Part shown: positions 49,701-58,720 of the stretch, in pieces
Numbering within the stretch: the stretch's first letter is position 1
Layout of the letters: every line of letters begins with the position of its first letter
IMG/VR virus record: IMGVR_UViG_3300001799_000004
Coordinates: 1 to 59,554 of that record
Length of the DNA stretch: 59,554 bases
Source of the DNA: a virus
Lineage: Duplodnaviria; Caudoviricetes
Strand: one strand, 5' to 3'
Translations under genes and position numbers: made by a program
The notes under the pieces: generated by a model
The model's input: only the letters and a program-made list of their open reading frames with translations
The model's database searches: none
Told to the model about the DNA's origin: nothing

Positions 49701-50605
49701 TTGCTACCATTGATAAAATCGACAAGTTATCATCAGCGCTTGATGAATACAAGGCAACCGTTCAATATGACTGGTTAACAGGTCAATTCACTGGGTCGAA
49801 TTCAGGCGCATTAACGAGTTATAAAGAATTAACTGGCAAAGACAATGATATTTATGGAGTTGATTTAGCCTACATAAAATCATTGATTGAAAGCAACAAT
49901 AAGAACATTGAGCGACTATATGCCCAAATCCTAAATGGTGACTTGTCAGGTGATCAGGTTGAACAGCTTAAAGAGCTCATCGAACATCTTGAAGAAACTA
50001 GCGCAAAATACGAACAACTTGTAGATCAATACAATGAATATTTGACCGGCACAACAGTTGCAAGTATCGCTGACAGCATTGCTTCCGGGTTTGAAGAAGG
50101 ATATTCCTCTGCAGAGGATTTTGCTGACAACTTCGAAGGGTTGATGAAAAAAGCAATGATTCAGGCTTTAAAAATGAAAGCGCTGGAAATTCCTTTGCAA
50201 AAATGGTATGAGGATTTCGCTGCCATGGCCGAGGACGGCCTAAGTTCAACAGATATTGAAGCCCTACGGTCAGCATACGACCTGATTATTGGAAACGCCT
50301 CTGAGCAATGGGAAGAGCTGCAGGGTATTTTGAATGAAGGGGGTGTTTACCCTCAGGCCGACAACTCGCTCACCGGAGCAATAAAGGGAGTGTCGGAAGA
50401 AACTGCCGGACTGATAGCCGGACAGATGAACGCAATCAGGATCAACCAGGCTCAGGCATTAAGCATCATGAACAACCAGCTTTTAGAACTGAGTAGGATT
50501 GAATACAACACGCGAAACAATCTTTACATCAAACGGATATATGATTTGCTGGAAGCAAGCAACAACAATTCGATTAACAGTTCAAGATCAGTAGGAGGTC
50601 AATAA
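46784..50605 (+). CDS. Tail tape measure protein
   Basis: 1273 aa helical; FAAKTPF..GAKQLLAYG, QFAGRGIP. Confidence 0.93.
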   Translation: MNGSGPLDFEATIDAKTFNSMLDEMERRLKGVGTTAVNEGSKIDDSFKKAAAAMAAYFSAGFAKNAIKEIGQVRGEFQQLEIALETMLRNKALSDKLMSEIVTFAAKTPFDLKGVASGAKQLLAYGTQAKDIIPTMRKLGDIAAGLSIPFGDLVYLYGTSATQGRIMTKDLMQFAGRGIPVIGELSKILNVSKAQVMELASQGALSFEHLQKVVENLTNETGMFGGMMDKQSKSITGLASNLGDAWDKMLNNIGEANQTTFEDGIKLAIRLTENYETIIDVLKVLIATVGVYKAAVIMNTVAMQGYSGALGLAVIRQNLLNLAQKATPWGIALTGITALVGALYVYNKAVGDTKTITQQINAEVSKEATSLDSLFESAKKAATGTDKRKAAIELINSRYSIYLDNLLTEKSAIEDIEKAQKKATNAIIANIAVKQSKAKLEETLGTISTSFDDKFGDFLSAYSNSFGADRVGEFINSINDAVDKEINARGGIIERGTLEYSQFAKMLYDDFVSDLSKKSGYLKFSFEDFKNAFIGFADIKAEQLPMIDQLQAMIENYQGLVVEKIDPEQVIADSTVKTLAEKLKEIQQLYENYYTWAEHYGEESANTQFANLIKGGGSFLEYLDREIKKIEGRKKKSSGDTSDLSTLLAARDGLTGAEGSFKGFEKMIGDAKDRYKDLIDYISFLNDQIDSTPFDGSELSFQKISLLISEINQAEKGLINTSVGTYNELKKQASDFANRRLAIENEYVENIKKLDRKSLGEEKYNEAVAIAEKIKAAKLAAIKEEEIKSNEAYKAISGQIEGVTRVAMKGYLDQLKLQLLTLDKQSDLYIQITKLIKDTEKGLRNQTIDDVNKIASGFRDASAFVRVFDEDLAGVVDSLSNVASGIARMMAGDYVGGGLQILTSIFSTIIESSDRAAKKAEERQQQILGDLQERLANINTLLERQIALINQLSGTDKLKGYADSFYSIGNDIVATIDKIDKLSSALDEYKATVQYDWLTGQFTGSNSGALTSYKELTGKDNDIYGVDLAYIKSLIESNNKNIERLYAQILNGDLSGDQVEQLKELIEHLEETSAKYEQLVDQYNEYLTGTTVASIADSIASGFEEGYSSAEDFADNFEGLMKKAMIQALKMKALEIPLQKWYEDFAAMAEDGLSSTDIEALRSAYDLIIGNASEQWEELQGILNEGGVYPQADNSLTGAIKGVSEETAGLIAGQMNAIRINQAQALSIMNNQLLELSRIEYNTRNNLYIKRIYDLLEASNNNSINSSRSVGGQ

Positions 50606-50606
50606 G

Positions 50607-51065
50607 ATGTCAACACAGCCGCCAATTTCGCTTTTCGAATTTAAGATTATCTATTGGATTGATGGTGTTGATATTACGTCTTACAAAGTATATGTGAATG
50701 ACAGTCAGGGGTTGTTTGATGTGCCAAAACGAAAAATTGCATACAAGCATGACTGGCTTGACGAAAATGGTGAGGACGTTGATCTTGCTGTAGTAAAAAG
50801 GGAGTCAAAGGAAATCAGGCTTAATTGTTTTGTTGTTGGTGAAACAATAATTCAGGCAATTGAAAACCTGAGTTCACTGCTTTCTGCAATCGACCAGCCC
50901 GGATACAGGGTTTTGACCGTTCAGTACTACAACACGAATGACAGGTTGACCTTCAATGTGTATCGGGAAGAGGCTGTTAAAGTAATCAAGAAATTCAGGT
51001 ACAGGAAAAACGTGTGGACTTTTACGCTTGTGCTTAAAGAATACAATTTGAGATCAGGTGAATAG
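50607..51065 (+). CDS. Distal tail protein
   Basis: Synteny; HDWLDENGEDVDL. Confidence 0.7.
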   Translation: MSTQPPISLFEFKIIYWIDGVDITSYKVYVNDSQGLFDVPKRKIAYKHDWLDENGEDVDLAVVKRESKEIRLNCFVVGETIIQAIENLSSLLSAIDQPGYRVLTVQYYNTNDRLTFNVYREEAVKVIKKFRYRKNVWTFTLVLKEYNLRSGE

Positions 51066-53061
51066 GCTATTGATAAATACTGCATCCGGAACTAGGTATG
51101 CAAATCTTAAAGGCAGTTCTGAATTGTCACAGAAATTGCTTGGTGAAGATATTGTAAAGGTGTTTTTTGATATTGCAGAACCTTTTGAAATCACCATTGG
51201 CGACTCCATTGACGTTTTCGGCAAACGATACTTCATTAATACGCTGCCCATCATTCGCAAACTTTCATCAAGGCTGTATGAGTTTGAATGCACTTTTGAG
51301 GCATATGTTTATGACCTGTCAAAAGTGTCCTACATGGACGTTGATGCAAAGGGTGTACACGTTTCACATGAGTTTTACCTTACCGGACTGCTCGAAGATT
51401 TTGTCATGATGATTGCCCGGAACATGGAGCGTGTTTATGGCACCGCTGTGTGGGCTTACACCATTGAGGCTGTCAGGACTGATTACAAAACAATTTCATT
51501 TTCTGATCACAATTGCCTGAGTGCGCTTGCAGAAATATGCAAGGAGTTTTCTGTTGAGTACGAGGTTGTAAGAACCACTGACAAGAACGCCCTTGTGATC
51601 AAGGATAAAATCGGCGGCACCCAAAAGCCTCTGTTCAAGTACGGTTATGGCAATGGCCTGTACTCACTAAAACGGAACCTTTCAACAGCAAGCAATATCT
51701 GTACCCGGCTTTTTGCCTTTGGCAGTTCGAAGAACCTAGGACCTAATTACCGCAATTTCAGTCCACGGTTAAAAATGCCTGCACAAACTTCCGGCCAGCC
51801 GAACATCTTTGTTTCGTTTGGGCATTTTGTGATTGTAGGACAAGAGGCTCACATCTTCGGCCAAACAAACGCAGCCTATGTACAGTTGCAGATTCCAGAC
51901 CAAAATTCCGGATGGGTTGACTATGGAACACCTCAAAACGGCGCAATGCTGAATTATCACTACTTGACATATTATATGCCGCCTTCGATTTATTCATTCA
52001 GAATAAAGGCATGGAATATCATTGGCAAGTATGTTTACAGTGATGGCACTTATGAAGGTTGGGGGGTGTCGGTTAACGAAAACAGTTACATTGATAATGA
52101 TGCTGCAATTGCACTGTTTGGTGTTATCGAAAAGGTAGTCATTTTCGATGACATCTACCCTCACAGAATTGGCACGGTTACCGGCATTGGTGACACGTAC
52201 TTGAAGTTCATCGATTCCGGCATGTTTGATCTTAACGCTGTTGATGGCTCCGGAAACACGCTCTATTTGCTTCCCGGGCTTGAGGCGAAAATTCATTTTA
52301 ACACCGGCAACCTTGCCGGTTATGAATTTACGATCAACAATTATAACACTGCATCAAAGATGTTTTCCCTTAACTCAATAGTTGATGAAAGAAGTCTTGA
52401 AATACCGAATCCTGATGAATCTGCATTTAAAATCAATGTTGGAGACAAGTATGTAATTATCGATATCAAACTCCCTGCTTTCTATATTACTGAGGCCGAG
52501 AACGAATTATACAACACAGCCTTTGATTGGCTTGTGAAATATTCAAATTACCATGTGCTTTATGACTTGGAGATTGACGAAAAGTACATGAAAGCAAACT
52601 CCTTTACGCTTGGAGTTGGTGATGAAATACTTGTTGAGGATGAAGAACTTGGCCTAATGGACATGATGCGAATTTTGGAGGTTAGAAGAAATCTTGTGCA
52701 TGAATTTAAGTATGAAGTAAAGCTTTCAGAAACACAATTTAAGCAGAAACGCAGACCCGGACGGACGACAAAAAAGGTTAAGGATACCATTGCTGCAATA
52801 GCCACACCTGCCAGCACTGACTTTGTACTATTCGAAAGAGCCGGAACCACTCAGCCGGTTAAGGTTGCTTTTACTGACATTAAATCGACGCTAAAAGAGT
52901 ATTTCAATACTGTTTACACTGAGGTAATTCATAACGATCATGAACCGGTTGCAACAGAAGAACTCCCATCACCTCAGAATGCAAACTTTTTCATGGGAGA
53001 TGATTACGAATATCACTTGATTGCCGGAAGATGGAAAAGAAGTTCATTATCAACCTTTTAA
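51058..53061 (+). CDS. Tail tip / baseplate hub protein
   Basis: YGYGNGLY, TRLFAFGS.KNL, FDDIYP, FNTGNLAGYEF. Confidence 0.8.
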   Translation: MNRLLINTASGTRYANLKGSSELSQKLLGEDIVKVFFDIAEPFEITIGDSIDVFGKRYFINTLPIIRKLSSRLYEFECTFEAYVYDLSKVSYMDVDAKGVHVSHEFYLTGLLEDFVMMIARNMERVYGTAVWAYTIEAVRTDYKTISFSDHNCLSALAEICKEFSVEYEVVRTTDKNALVIKDKIGGTQKPLFKYGYGNGLYSLKRNLSTASNICTRLFAFGSSKNLGPNYRNFSPRLKMPAQTSGQPNIFVSFGHFVIVGQEAHIFGQTNAAYVQLQIPDQNSGWVDYGTPQNGAMLNYHYLTYYMPPSIYSFRIKAWNIIGKYVYSDGTYEGWGVSVNENSYIDNDAAIALFGVIEKVVIFDDIYPHRIGTVTGIGDTYLKFIDSGMFDLNAVDGSGNTLYLLPGLEAKIHFNTGNLAGYEFTINNYNTASKMFSLNSIVDERSLEIPNPDESAFKINVGDKYVIIDIKLPAFYITEAENELYNTAFDWLVKYSNYHVLYDLEIDEKYMKANSFTLGVGDEILVEDEELGLMDMMRILEVRRNLVHEFKYEVKLSETQFKQKRRPGRTTKKVKDTIAAIATPASTDFVLFERAGTTQPVKVAFTDIKSTLKEYFNTVYTEVIHNDHEPVATEELPSPQNANFFMGDDYEYHLIAGRWKRSSLSTF

Positions 53062-53077
53062 CTAAATACATTTTTAT

Positions 53078-53419
53078 ATGAGTAACAAACTAAGAGTTCG
53101 CAAAATCAATCAGTCAGCAAGTAAGCCTGAAAACACAAACGAAACGCCTGCAGAAGTACAGGCCGAAAAAACTGCGCCTATCAAAAAAGCAAAAGGCAAA
53201 GGCGAAACAGTTGAAGAATTGCAAGCCAAAATTGCTGAGTTGCAAAGGCTTGAAAATGAGAAGATAGAAAAACAGATCGAAGAAGTTGCAAGCAAAGCCG
53301 GGGTCATGGTTGGTATTCAAATGACTGCACAAAAGCTGGCCGAAATCATGATGTACATGGTTCAGAACAAAATGACAACAGTTTCACTCAAATTCGAGGT
53401 CTGGAAAGAAAAAAAATAA
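53078..53419 (+). CDS. Hypothetical protein (possible fibre chaperone)
   Basis: Coiled-coil ORF between tail genes. Confidence 0.55.
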   Translation: MSNKLRVRKINQSASKPENTNETPAEVQAEKTAPIKKAKGKGETVEELQAKIAELQRLENEKIEKQIEEVASKAGVMVGIQMTAQKLAEIMMYMVQNKMTTVSLKFEVWKEKK

Positions 53420-53440
53420 TCAATCTAAATCTTTAAAGTA

Positions 53441-54880
53441 ATGGCACAATATGACTTAATCTTAGTACGCAATGACGCCCCCACAGGGGTCGATTTTGCT
53501 GAGGTCACGCTTTCCAAACCTACCAGGGCTGGATTGTTCATGACACAAAACCCCGGCACAGGTGCATTCAGCTGGTCTGATACGCTCGACACGCCTGTTT
53601 TAAACGGAACAGTATCAGGCACGGCCTTAATCAGTAACATGAGTAATGCTGCTACCGGAAAGCTTGTTGATTCTGCAATTATCAAAGCATACGTTGATGC
53701 GAACATTGGTGCCAATGATGCGATGGTGTTTAAAACAGCAATCGACTGTTCTACAAACCCAAATTATCCTGCTGCTGATTGCGGCTGGACTTATCGTGTT
53801 TCTGTCGCTGGTAAAATCGGTGGAGCAAGCGGCCCAAACGTTGAAGTTGGTGACATTATGATTTGTAACACCGATGGAACAGCAGCCGGAAACCATGCAA
53901 CAGTTGGTGCATACTGGAACATTATTCAAATGAACCTTGACGGCGCAATTGTCGATTCTATGTTTTCCGGAACCGGCCTGATGAAACGCACTGGCGCAGG
54001 AACTTATGCAATCGTTACAGACAATTCAGCAAACTGGAATTCGGCCTATGCTTGGGGCAACCATGCAGGGCTTTATACCCTTATTGCACACACCGGAGCC
54101 GGTGGCGCTGCTCATGCCGTAGTAACAACAAGTGTTAACGGCTTTATGATTGCCGCAGACAAAACAAAGCTTGATGGTATTGCTACAGGTGCGAACAATT
54201 ATGTTCACCCCTCCGGTGATGGGAACCTTCACGTACCGGCCACTAGTACGACCAACAATCTTAAAGTATTGAAAGCCGGAGCCACGGCAGGATCGCTTTC
54301 ATGGGCCTTTGTTGATTGGGGAGAACTTACCGGAAAGCCTGCAACCTTCACCCCGGCTTCGCACACACACCCGACCTCAGAGGTTGTTGGACTTGACACT
54401 GCTCTCGCAAACAAACTCGATATTAACGGCACTGCTGTTGCTGCTTCTAAGCTGGCAACAGCAAGGACAATTGCAATAACTGGCGATGGTTCCTGGTCTG
54501 TTTCATTTGATGGTTCCGGCAACGTAACAGGGGCTTTAACACTCGCCTCAGTAGTAGCGGCAAACACTTTCCCGAAAATCACTTTCAATGCAAAAGGACT
54601 TGTAACAGGTGGAAGTGCGCTTTCTGCATCCGACATTCCGAATTTGGATGCTTCGAAAATCACAACAGGCATATTTGACGTTGCCCGGATTCCGGCAATC
54701 TCGATTTCTGGTGTTACCGGCCTGCAGGCAGCATTGGATTTGAAAATGAATACATGGGTAACTGCACCGGCTACGGCAACAGCAACCGGCACAACAGGGC
54801 AGCTTGCAAGGGATTTGAACTACTTATACATCTGTGTGAATACAAACACATGGAGGCGTACAACTTTGGCGGCATGGTAA
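53441..54880 (+). CDS. Tail fibre protein 1
   Basis: G/A/T-rich; DKTKLDGI, ANNYVHP, KLATARTI, KGLVTGG fibre repeats. Confidence 0.88.
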   Translation: MAQYDLILVRNDAPTGVDFAEVTLSKPTRAGLFMTQNPGTGAFSWSDTLDTPVLNGTVSGTALISNMSNAATGKLVDSAIIKAYVDANIGANDAMVFKTAIDCSTNPNYPAADCGWTYRVSVAGKIGGASGPNVEVGDIMICNTDGTAAGNHATVGAYWNIIQMNLDGAIVDSMFSGTGLMKRTGAGTYAIVTDNSANWNSAYAWGNHAGLYTLIAHTGAGGAAHAVVTTSVNGFMIAADKTKLDGIATGANNYVHPSGDGNLHVPATSTTNNLKVLKAGATAGSLSWAFVDWGELTGKPATFTPASHTHPTSEVVGLDTALANKLDINGTAVAASKLATARTIAITGDGSWSVSFDGSGNVTGALTLASVVAANTFPKITFNAKGLVTGGSALSASDIPNLDASKITTGIFDVARIPAISISGVTGLQAALDLKMNTWVTAPATATATGTTGQLARDLNYLYICVNTNTWRRTTLAAW

Positions 54881-54891
54881 ACCAAATAATC

Positions 54892-54925
54892 AATCCGGGC
54901 GTGTGTAACAGCACGTCCGGGTTTT
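54892..54925 (+). terminator. Hairpin between fibre genes
   Basis: AATCCGGGCGTG / CACGTCCGGGTT + T. Confidence 0.6.
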
Positions 54926-54938
54926 AACAATCGCGCAA

Positions 54939-56447
54939 ATGGCTCAGTACGATATAGTTTTTCATATTAACGCCAACGCTTCGGGCGAATTATTTGCTGA
55001 ACGGAAGATCAGTCTACCAAAAGGTTGCTTGCTGGCCGGAAGTGACGATTACCCTACTGTTTTGGCGCCTAGGAGCAACAGGGCTGTTTTTGCCACTAAC
55101 ACACAAGAACCAAGCGGATTCATTGACAACCCGGCTTATCACCACGATGGGGCAAATCAGGCAGTGATAATTGTTGAAAACAGCAATGATCAGACTAAAC
55201 CCAGAGAATTTTCATTAACTGAATGGGTAAGTGGTGCTTATGGCAGGCCGTTAATGAAATATTCGATTAACCCTTACTTTTCGAGTGCGTTCTCTCTTAA
55301 TTGTTATGATTTGACCGACAAGTTGGAACTTCCGGGCAATGCAACTTTGAATGTTGATGCTGAAACCGGTTTTTCTTTTGCACATAACAATGGTGTTTTT
55401 GCAATCAATAATTATTCGATCTATGGAACTGCTGAATCTTCTGTTGAGTTTTATGTTGGTTCATCAGCATTAAACATTACTGCTGATAATTTTACAATAA
55501 GACGACCTGCGCTTGATGTGCTTACGTTGGAAAGCGATAATAACGGCTCTGCAACTTTAGGAGTATTGCCGGAAGACCCTGCTGCTGGAGGTTATGGTTG
55601 TCAGATTGGTTTGTTTGCTTTTGTTGCAGGGGCGCCTGATTTGTATGCAAAATCTGGTCAGCAGGACACTGATTGGTCAATGATGATGCGCCCTGATTTA
55701 GATGGGGTGATACCAGTGAAATCAGGGTTAAACATGATGGTTTTGAAGGCTGATTATACAGCAAACGCTTTTGAAGTTAAAACAAACGTGCACAGGCTAA
55801 TAGGCGGCAATGTTGATTCAAATGGTTATGCAGTTTATCGCATCAAATCTACTGCGCTTGCAACAAAAGACATCATTGGCTCCTATGGATTTGTGCCGCA
55901 GGCAGAGGGAAATTCTGCATCAGCACGAATAACCGCAGTTGCGTCAAACACACATGGTTCAAACTCGCACCCTACTGCCTTGCTGTTTGGCAATGCGCTA
56001 GATGGTCAGATTGGGAGCGTGGATCAGTACCGGATGATGTTGGACAGATATGGTAATGTGCTGTTTAAGACATCAGGCATTGACATCACCGGAACCCTGC
56101 CAACCGCTAAGTCAGGCGTTGATATTCACGACTCCGTTGGTTTTGGTCCTACTGTTCAGACGACCGGAAATCATTCAATAGGCAATGAATATTGTTATAT
56201 GCTGACCAATGCGGCAACCGGCAATGCCACGTTTTACCTGCCTGACCTTGCATCGGTTGAAGGGCGCAATTACATGGTTGTGAATGCTACCGGAACCCGC
56301 ACGATAACCATTGCCCGGGCAGGAACCGACAAAATTAATGGCGTTACAAACCCTTCGATTGTGTTGAATGCAGGGGATGTGGTTTTCATCCATGCCACAG
56401 GCAATTCTCAATATGGCTGGTTTGTTTCAGGCAATGTTAAGCGATAA
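54939..56447 (+). CDS. Tail fibre / receptor-binding protein 2
   Basis: Shares MAQYD N-terminus with fibre 1; C-terminal LP...G..Y...N...TI...G.DKING domain. Confidence 0.75.
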   Translation: MAQYDIVFHINANASGELFAERKISLPKGCLLAGSDDYPTVLAPRSNRAVFATNTQEPSGFIDNPAYHHDGANQAVIIVENSNDQTKPREFSLTEWVSGAYGRPLMKYSINPYFSSAFSLNCYDLTDKLELPGNATLNVDAETGFSFAHNNGVFAINNYSIYGTAESSVEFYVGSSALNITADNFTIRRPALDVLTLESDNNGSATLGVLPEDPAAGGYGCQIGLFAFVAGAPDLYAKSGQQDTDWSMMMRPDLDGVIPVKSGLNMMVLKADYTANAFEVKTNVHRLIGGNVDSNGYAVYRIKSTALATKDIIGSYGFVPQAEGNSASARITAVASNTHGSNSHPTALLFGNALDGQIGSVDQYRMMLDRYGNVLFKTSGIDITGTLPTAKSGVDIHDSVGFGPTVQTTGNHSIGNEYCYMLTNAATGNATFYLPDLASVEGRNYMVVNATGTRTITIARAGTDKINGVTNPSIVLNAGDVVFIHATGNSQYGWFVSGNVKR

Positions 56448-56488
56448 TTGTTATAAGATTTACAAAACCACAAAACCACGTTACAATT

Positions 56489-56806
56489 ATGGAACATCAA
56501 ACACTTGAACTACTTGACAAAGGAACATTGATTGCATTCATGTCCATTGGAAGCATTATTCTTACCTTGCTTTTGGGTCTTATTGCTTACTTCCTTCGTG
56601 ATTTTGCTTCACAGGTGAAGTCGATGGGGCAGAGTGTGTCAACTCTCCAGATCGTTGTTGAGGGTGAGAAAATACGTCGCGAAGTGCACGAAGAGAAACA
56701 TGACGTCATTGATGAACGTCTAAATAAGCACTCAAACAAACTTGAAAATCAAGGTAAACTTCTCGAAAAACATGAAACTGAACTTAATGAACTTAAAAGA
56801 CGATGA
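56489..56806 (+). CDS. Single-TM coiled-coil lysis-region protein (holin/antiholin-like)
   Basis: One TM then coiled coil. Confidence 0.55.
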   Translation: MEHQTLELLDKGTLIAFMSIGSIILTLLLGLIAYFLRDFASQVKSMGQSVSTLQIVVEGEKIRREVHEEKHDVIDERLNKHSNKLENQGKLLEKHETELNELKRR

Positions 56807-57150
56807 AAATTATTCAATTTCTCAAAAACTGGAATGAGTTATTAACTCTTCCAATTGCATTACTTCTTTGGTGGTACAGCAACTCCATTCTCAGGATGAT
56901 AGACGAAACGGCCGGGGTTTACGATGTTGGAATATTTCAGGCATTCCTACTCGGCACCGCCGGTATTCTCTTCGGTCATGCCCTTGTTTGGCTTATATTG
57001 AAGCTTTCTGCAGGCGATGTATACAGAACGCTCGATGATTTTCTAAATCGCAACACGTTAATAACACCATGGCAAAGAGGTTTGTTTTCATTATTGTACT
57101 TTGGGTTTTTACTAATAGCTTGGTCTATTCTGGTAGCCGGAATGAGTTAG
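56803..57150 (+). CDS. Holin (3 TM)
   Basis: Three hydrophobic segments directly upstream of endolysin. Confidence 0.7.
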   Translation: MKIIQFLKNWNELLTLPIALLLWWYSNSILRMIDETAGVYDVGIFQAFLLGTAGILFGHALVWLILKLSAGDVYRTLDDFLNRNTLITPWQRGLFSLLYFGFLLIAWSILVAGMS

Positions 57151-57590
57151 TAAAGACATACCGGAAGTATATCGGTGTCCGTGAACTCACAGGTAACAAT
57201 GATGGCTGTGAGGTTGAAATGTTTCTTAGGTCTACAGGTCTTGGCAAGGGCTATGCATGGTGCGCTGCCTTTGTAACCTATTGCCATATGAAAAACGGCC
57301 TGCCTTCTCCACAACTTGCACCTGCTTGGGCGGCTGCGTGGTTTCCAGAATACAGGTTAATCAAAAATGAAAACGCCTTGCCGGGTGACGTGTTTGGGAT
57401 TTATTACGTCAAAATGAAACGGATTGGCCACGTAGGATTTATTGACGAGTCATGGAACAATGATTCCAATAACATTATAACAGTTGAGGGCAACACCAAC
57501 GGCGACGGATCCCGCGAAGGGGATGGCGTTTATCGCAAAAGGCGTAGTAAGAAACAAATCAAATCAGTAAGCAGATGGATACAAGAGTAA
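57069..57590 (+). CDS. CHAP-domain endolysin with N-terminal signal
   Basis: AWCAAFV, GHVGF, TVEGNT. Confidence 0.9.
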   Translation: MAKRFVFIIVLWVFTNSLVYSGSRNELVKTYRKYIGVRELTGNNDGCEVEMFLRSTGLGKGYAWCAAFVTYCHMKNGLPSPQLAPAWAAAWFPEYRLIKNENALPGDVFGIYYVKMKRIGHVGFIDESWNNDSNNIITVEGNTNGDGSREGDGVYRKRRSKKQIKSVSRWIQE

Positions 57591-58174
57591 TCCCATGGGC
57601 ATTTTCAGTAGTGCTTCTAATCGTAATTATCATCATAGGCCAATGTCACCGGTGCCCTGAAAGTAACCCGTGTCCTGAACCACGAACCGATTTAAGGACT
57701 GACAGTATACCCGGGGATTCTGTCGCAAAACCATATCCGGAAATAAAGCCGGTACCAATCAAGATAGTTTATGTTGAAGTACCTGCAAAAGTTGATACAG
57801 GTGAAATTCTCAGGCTGTATCATGCTGAAGTGTATGGCCGGGACACGCTTGCAAATGACAGTTCTGTATTTGTGGCCGTAGATTGGATGGTCACTAAAAA
57901 CCGGCCAGTATTCTTTAAACCTGAGATTGCAAACCGTAAGCCGGTTGCAATTAACCACTATACCACTTACACCTTTGAAAATTTACCTGAGAATAAATAC
58001 TTTGCTGGATTCAATACCGGAAGGTCACCGAAATCATTCGGCTTTGGACCATCTTTTGCATTGCTAACTAAAAAAGAAACGCTTTTCACTATCAATTGTG
58101 ATTTGCTCAATAAGGATGTATATTTGACTGTTCTTTGGAAGCTGAATTTATCAAGAAAAAAGGTCAAAAAGTAA
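57575..58174 (+). CDS. Spanin-like lysis protein
   Basis: N-terminal TM with Cys, Pro-rich linker, C-terminal amphipathic beta strands; last gene of lysis cassette. Confidence 0.5.
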   Translation: MDTRVIPWAFSVVLLIVIIIIGQCHRCPESNPCPEPRTDLRTDSIPGDSVAKPYPEIKPVPIKIVYVEVPAKVDTGEILRLYHAEVYGRDTLANDSSVFVAVDWMVTKNRPVFFKPEIANRKPVAINHYTTYTFENLPENKYFAGFNTGRSPKSFGFGPSFALLTKKETLFTINCDLLNKDVYLTVLWKLNLSRKKVKK

Positions 58175-58188
58175 CAAAATGCTGCAGA

Positions 58189-58252
58189 TGTTTCACAATT
58201 GTTTCAAAAACATTTTCATTAATCAACCATAACTGTTTTATATATAGTTAAT
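58189..58252. promoter_or_regulatory. Candidate integrase arm sites and host-factor site of attR
   Basis: TGTTTCACAA (58189) and TGTTTCAAAA (58200) direct repeats; TAACT-N11-AGTTA inverted pair. Confidence 0.45.
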
Positions 58253-58269
58253 TATGAGGATCACAATAG

Positions 58270-58317
58270 CAGCTTCCCAAGCTGAGGGTCGTGGGTTCGA
58301 GCCCCATTGCCCGCTCA
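58270..58317 (+). tRNA. 3' half of tRNA-Gly(CCC) = attR core (not an intact tRNA)
   Basis: CAGC-TTCCCAA-GCTG anticodon arm, GTGGG-TTCGAGC-CCCAT T-arm, TGCCCGC acceptor strand; no D-arm or 5' acceptor strand upstream. Confidence 0.88.
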
Positions 58318-58322
58318 ACATC

Positions 58323-58360
58323 AATCAGGCTTCCGAAACCGGAAGCCTGATTTCTTTTTT
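58323..58360 (+). terminator. Terminator after tRNA fragment
   Basis: 13-bp perfect stem AATCAGGCTTCCG/CGGAAGCCTGATT + T tract. Confidence 0.85.
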
Positions 58361-58543
58361 GATATCTGGATTGAATAAGTGAGTCTTTTCATTGCCCTTG
58401 GAGTGGAGGTGTTACAACGAAAACTGGCATTTAATCAAAAAGATTATTCAATTCCTGTTGGTGACTTGCCCAGGGGCATATACTATTATACAATTTACCC
58501 CGTAAACAATTCTCCCTTTTCGGGAAAATTAGTGCTGGAGTGA
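58361..58543 (+). pseudogene. Degenerate fragment homologous to the T9SS-CTD end of the cargo gene 19373-21001
   Basis: Manual ungapped alignment to the reverse complement of 19373-19555: 157/183 identical; in-frame TAA at 58376. Confidence 0.85.
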
Positions 58544-58720
58544 AAAGGCGAGCTGTTCTCATTAAAACCATTTTACACAGGCTTCAAACGATGTTTAACC
58601 CGATGCAACTGTTGTCCCTTGCGGCCTGTGTATGCTGGCACACAAAAACACATCTGCCACCGGGCTTCTGTCATAGGTTAGTTTAACCAGTTTTTTTTAA
58701 ATCCAGATAAAATAATTGGA

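Larger units (their letters stand above)
1..58317. mobile_element. Temperate siphovirus-like prophage integrated at tRNA-Gly(CCC); left end just outside window
   Basis: Integrase, repressor switch, replication, terminase, portal, capsid, tape measure, fibres and lysis genes in canonical order; ends at a tRNA 3' fragment. Confidence 0.95.

Noticed and set aside
41811-54792. Numerous antisense ORFs of 60-190 aa within structural genes
   Set aside because: Shadow frames of well-supported genes with no motifs of their own
58261-58320. Intact tRNA-Gly gene
   Set aside because: No 5' acceptor strand or D-arm; only the 3' half is present
58361-58543. DGR template/variable repeat pair with 19373-19555
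   Set aside because: Mismatches involve all four bases, not adenine-specific, and no reverse transcriptase is present in the window
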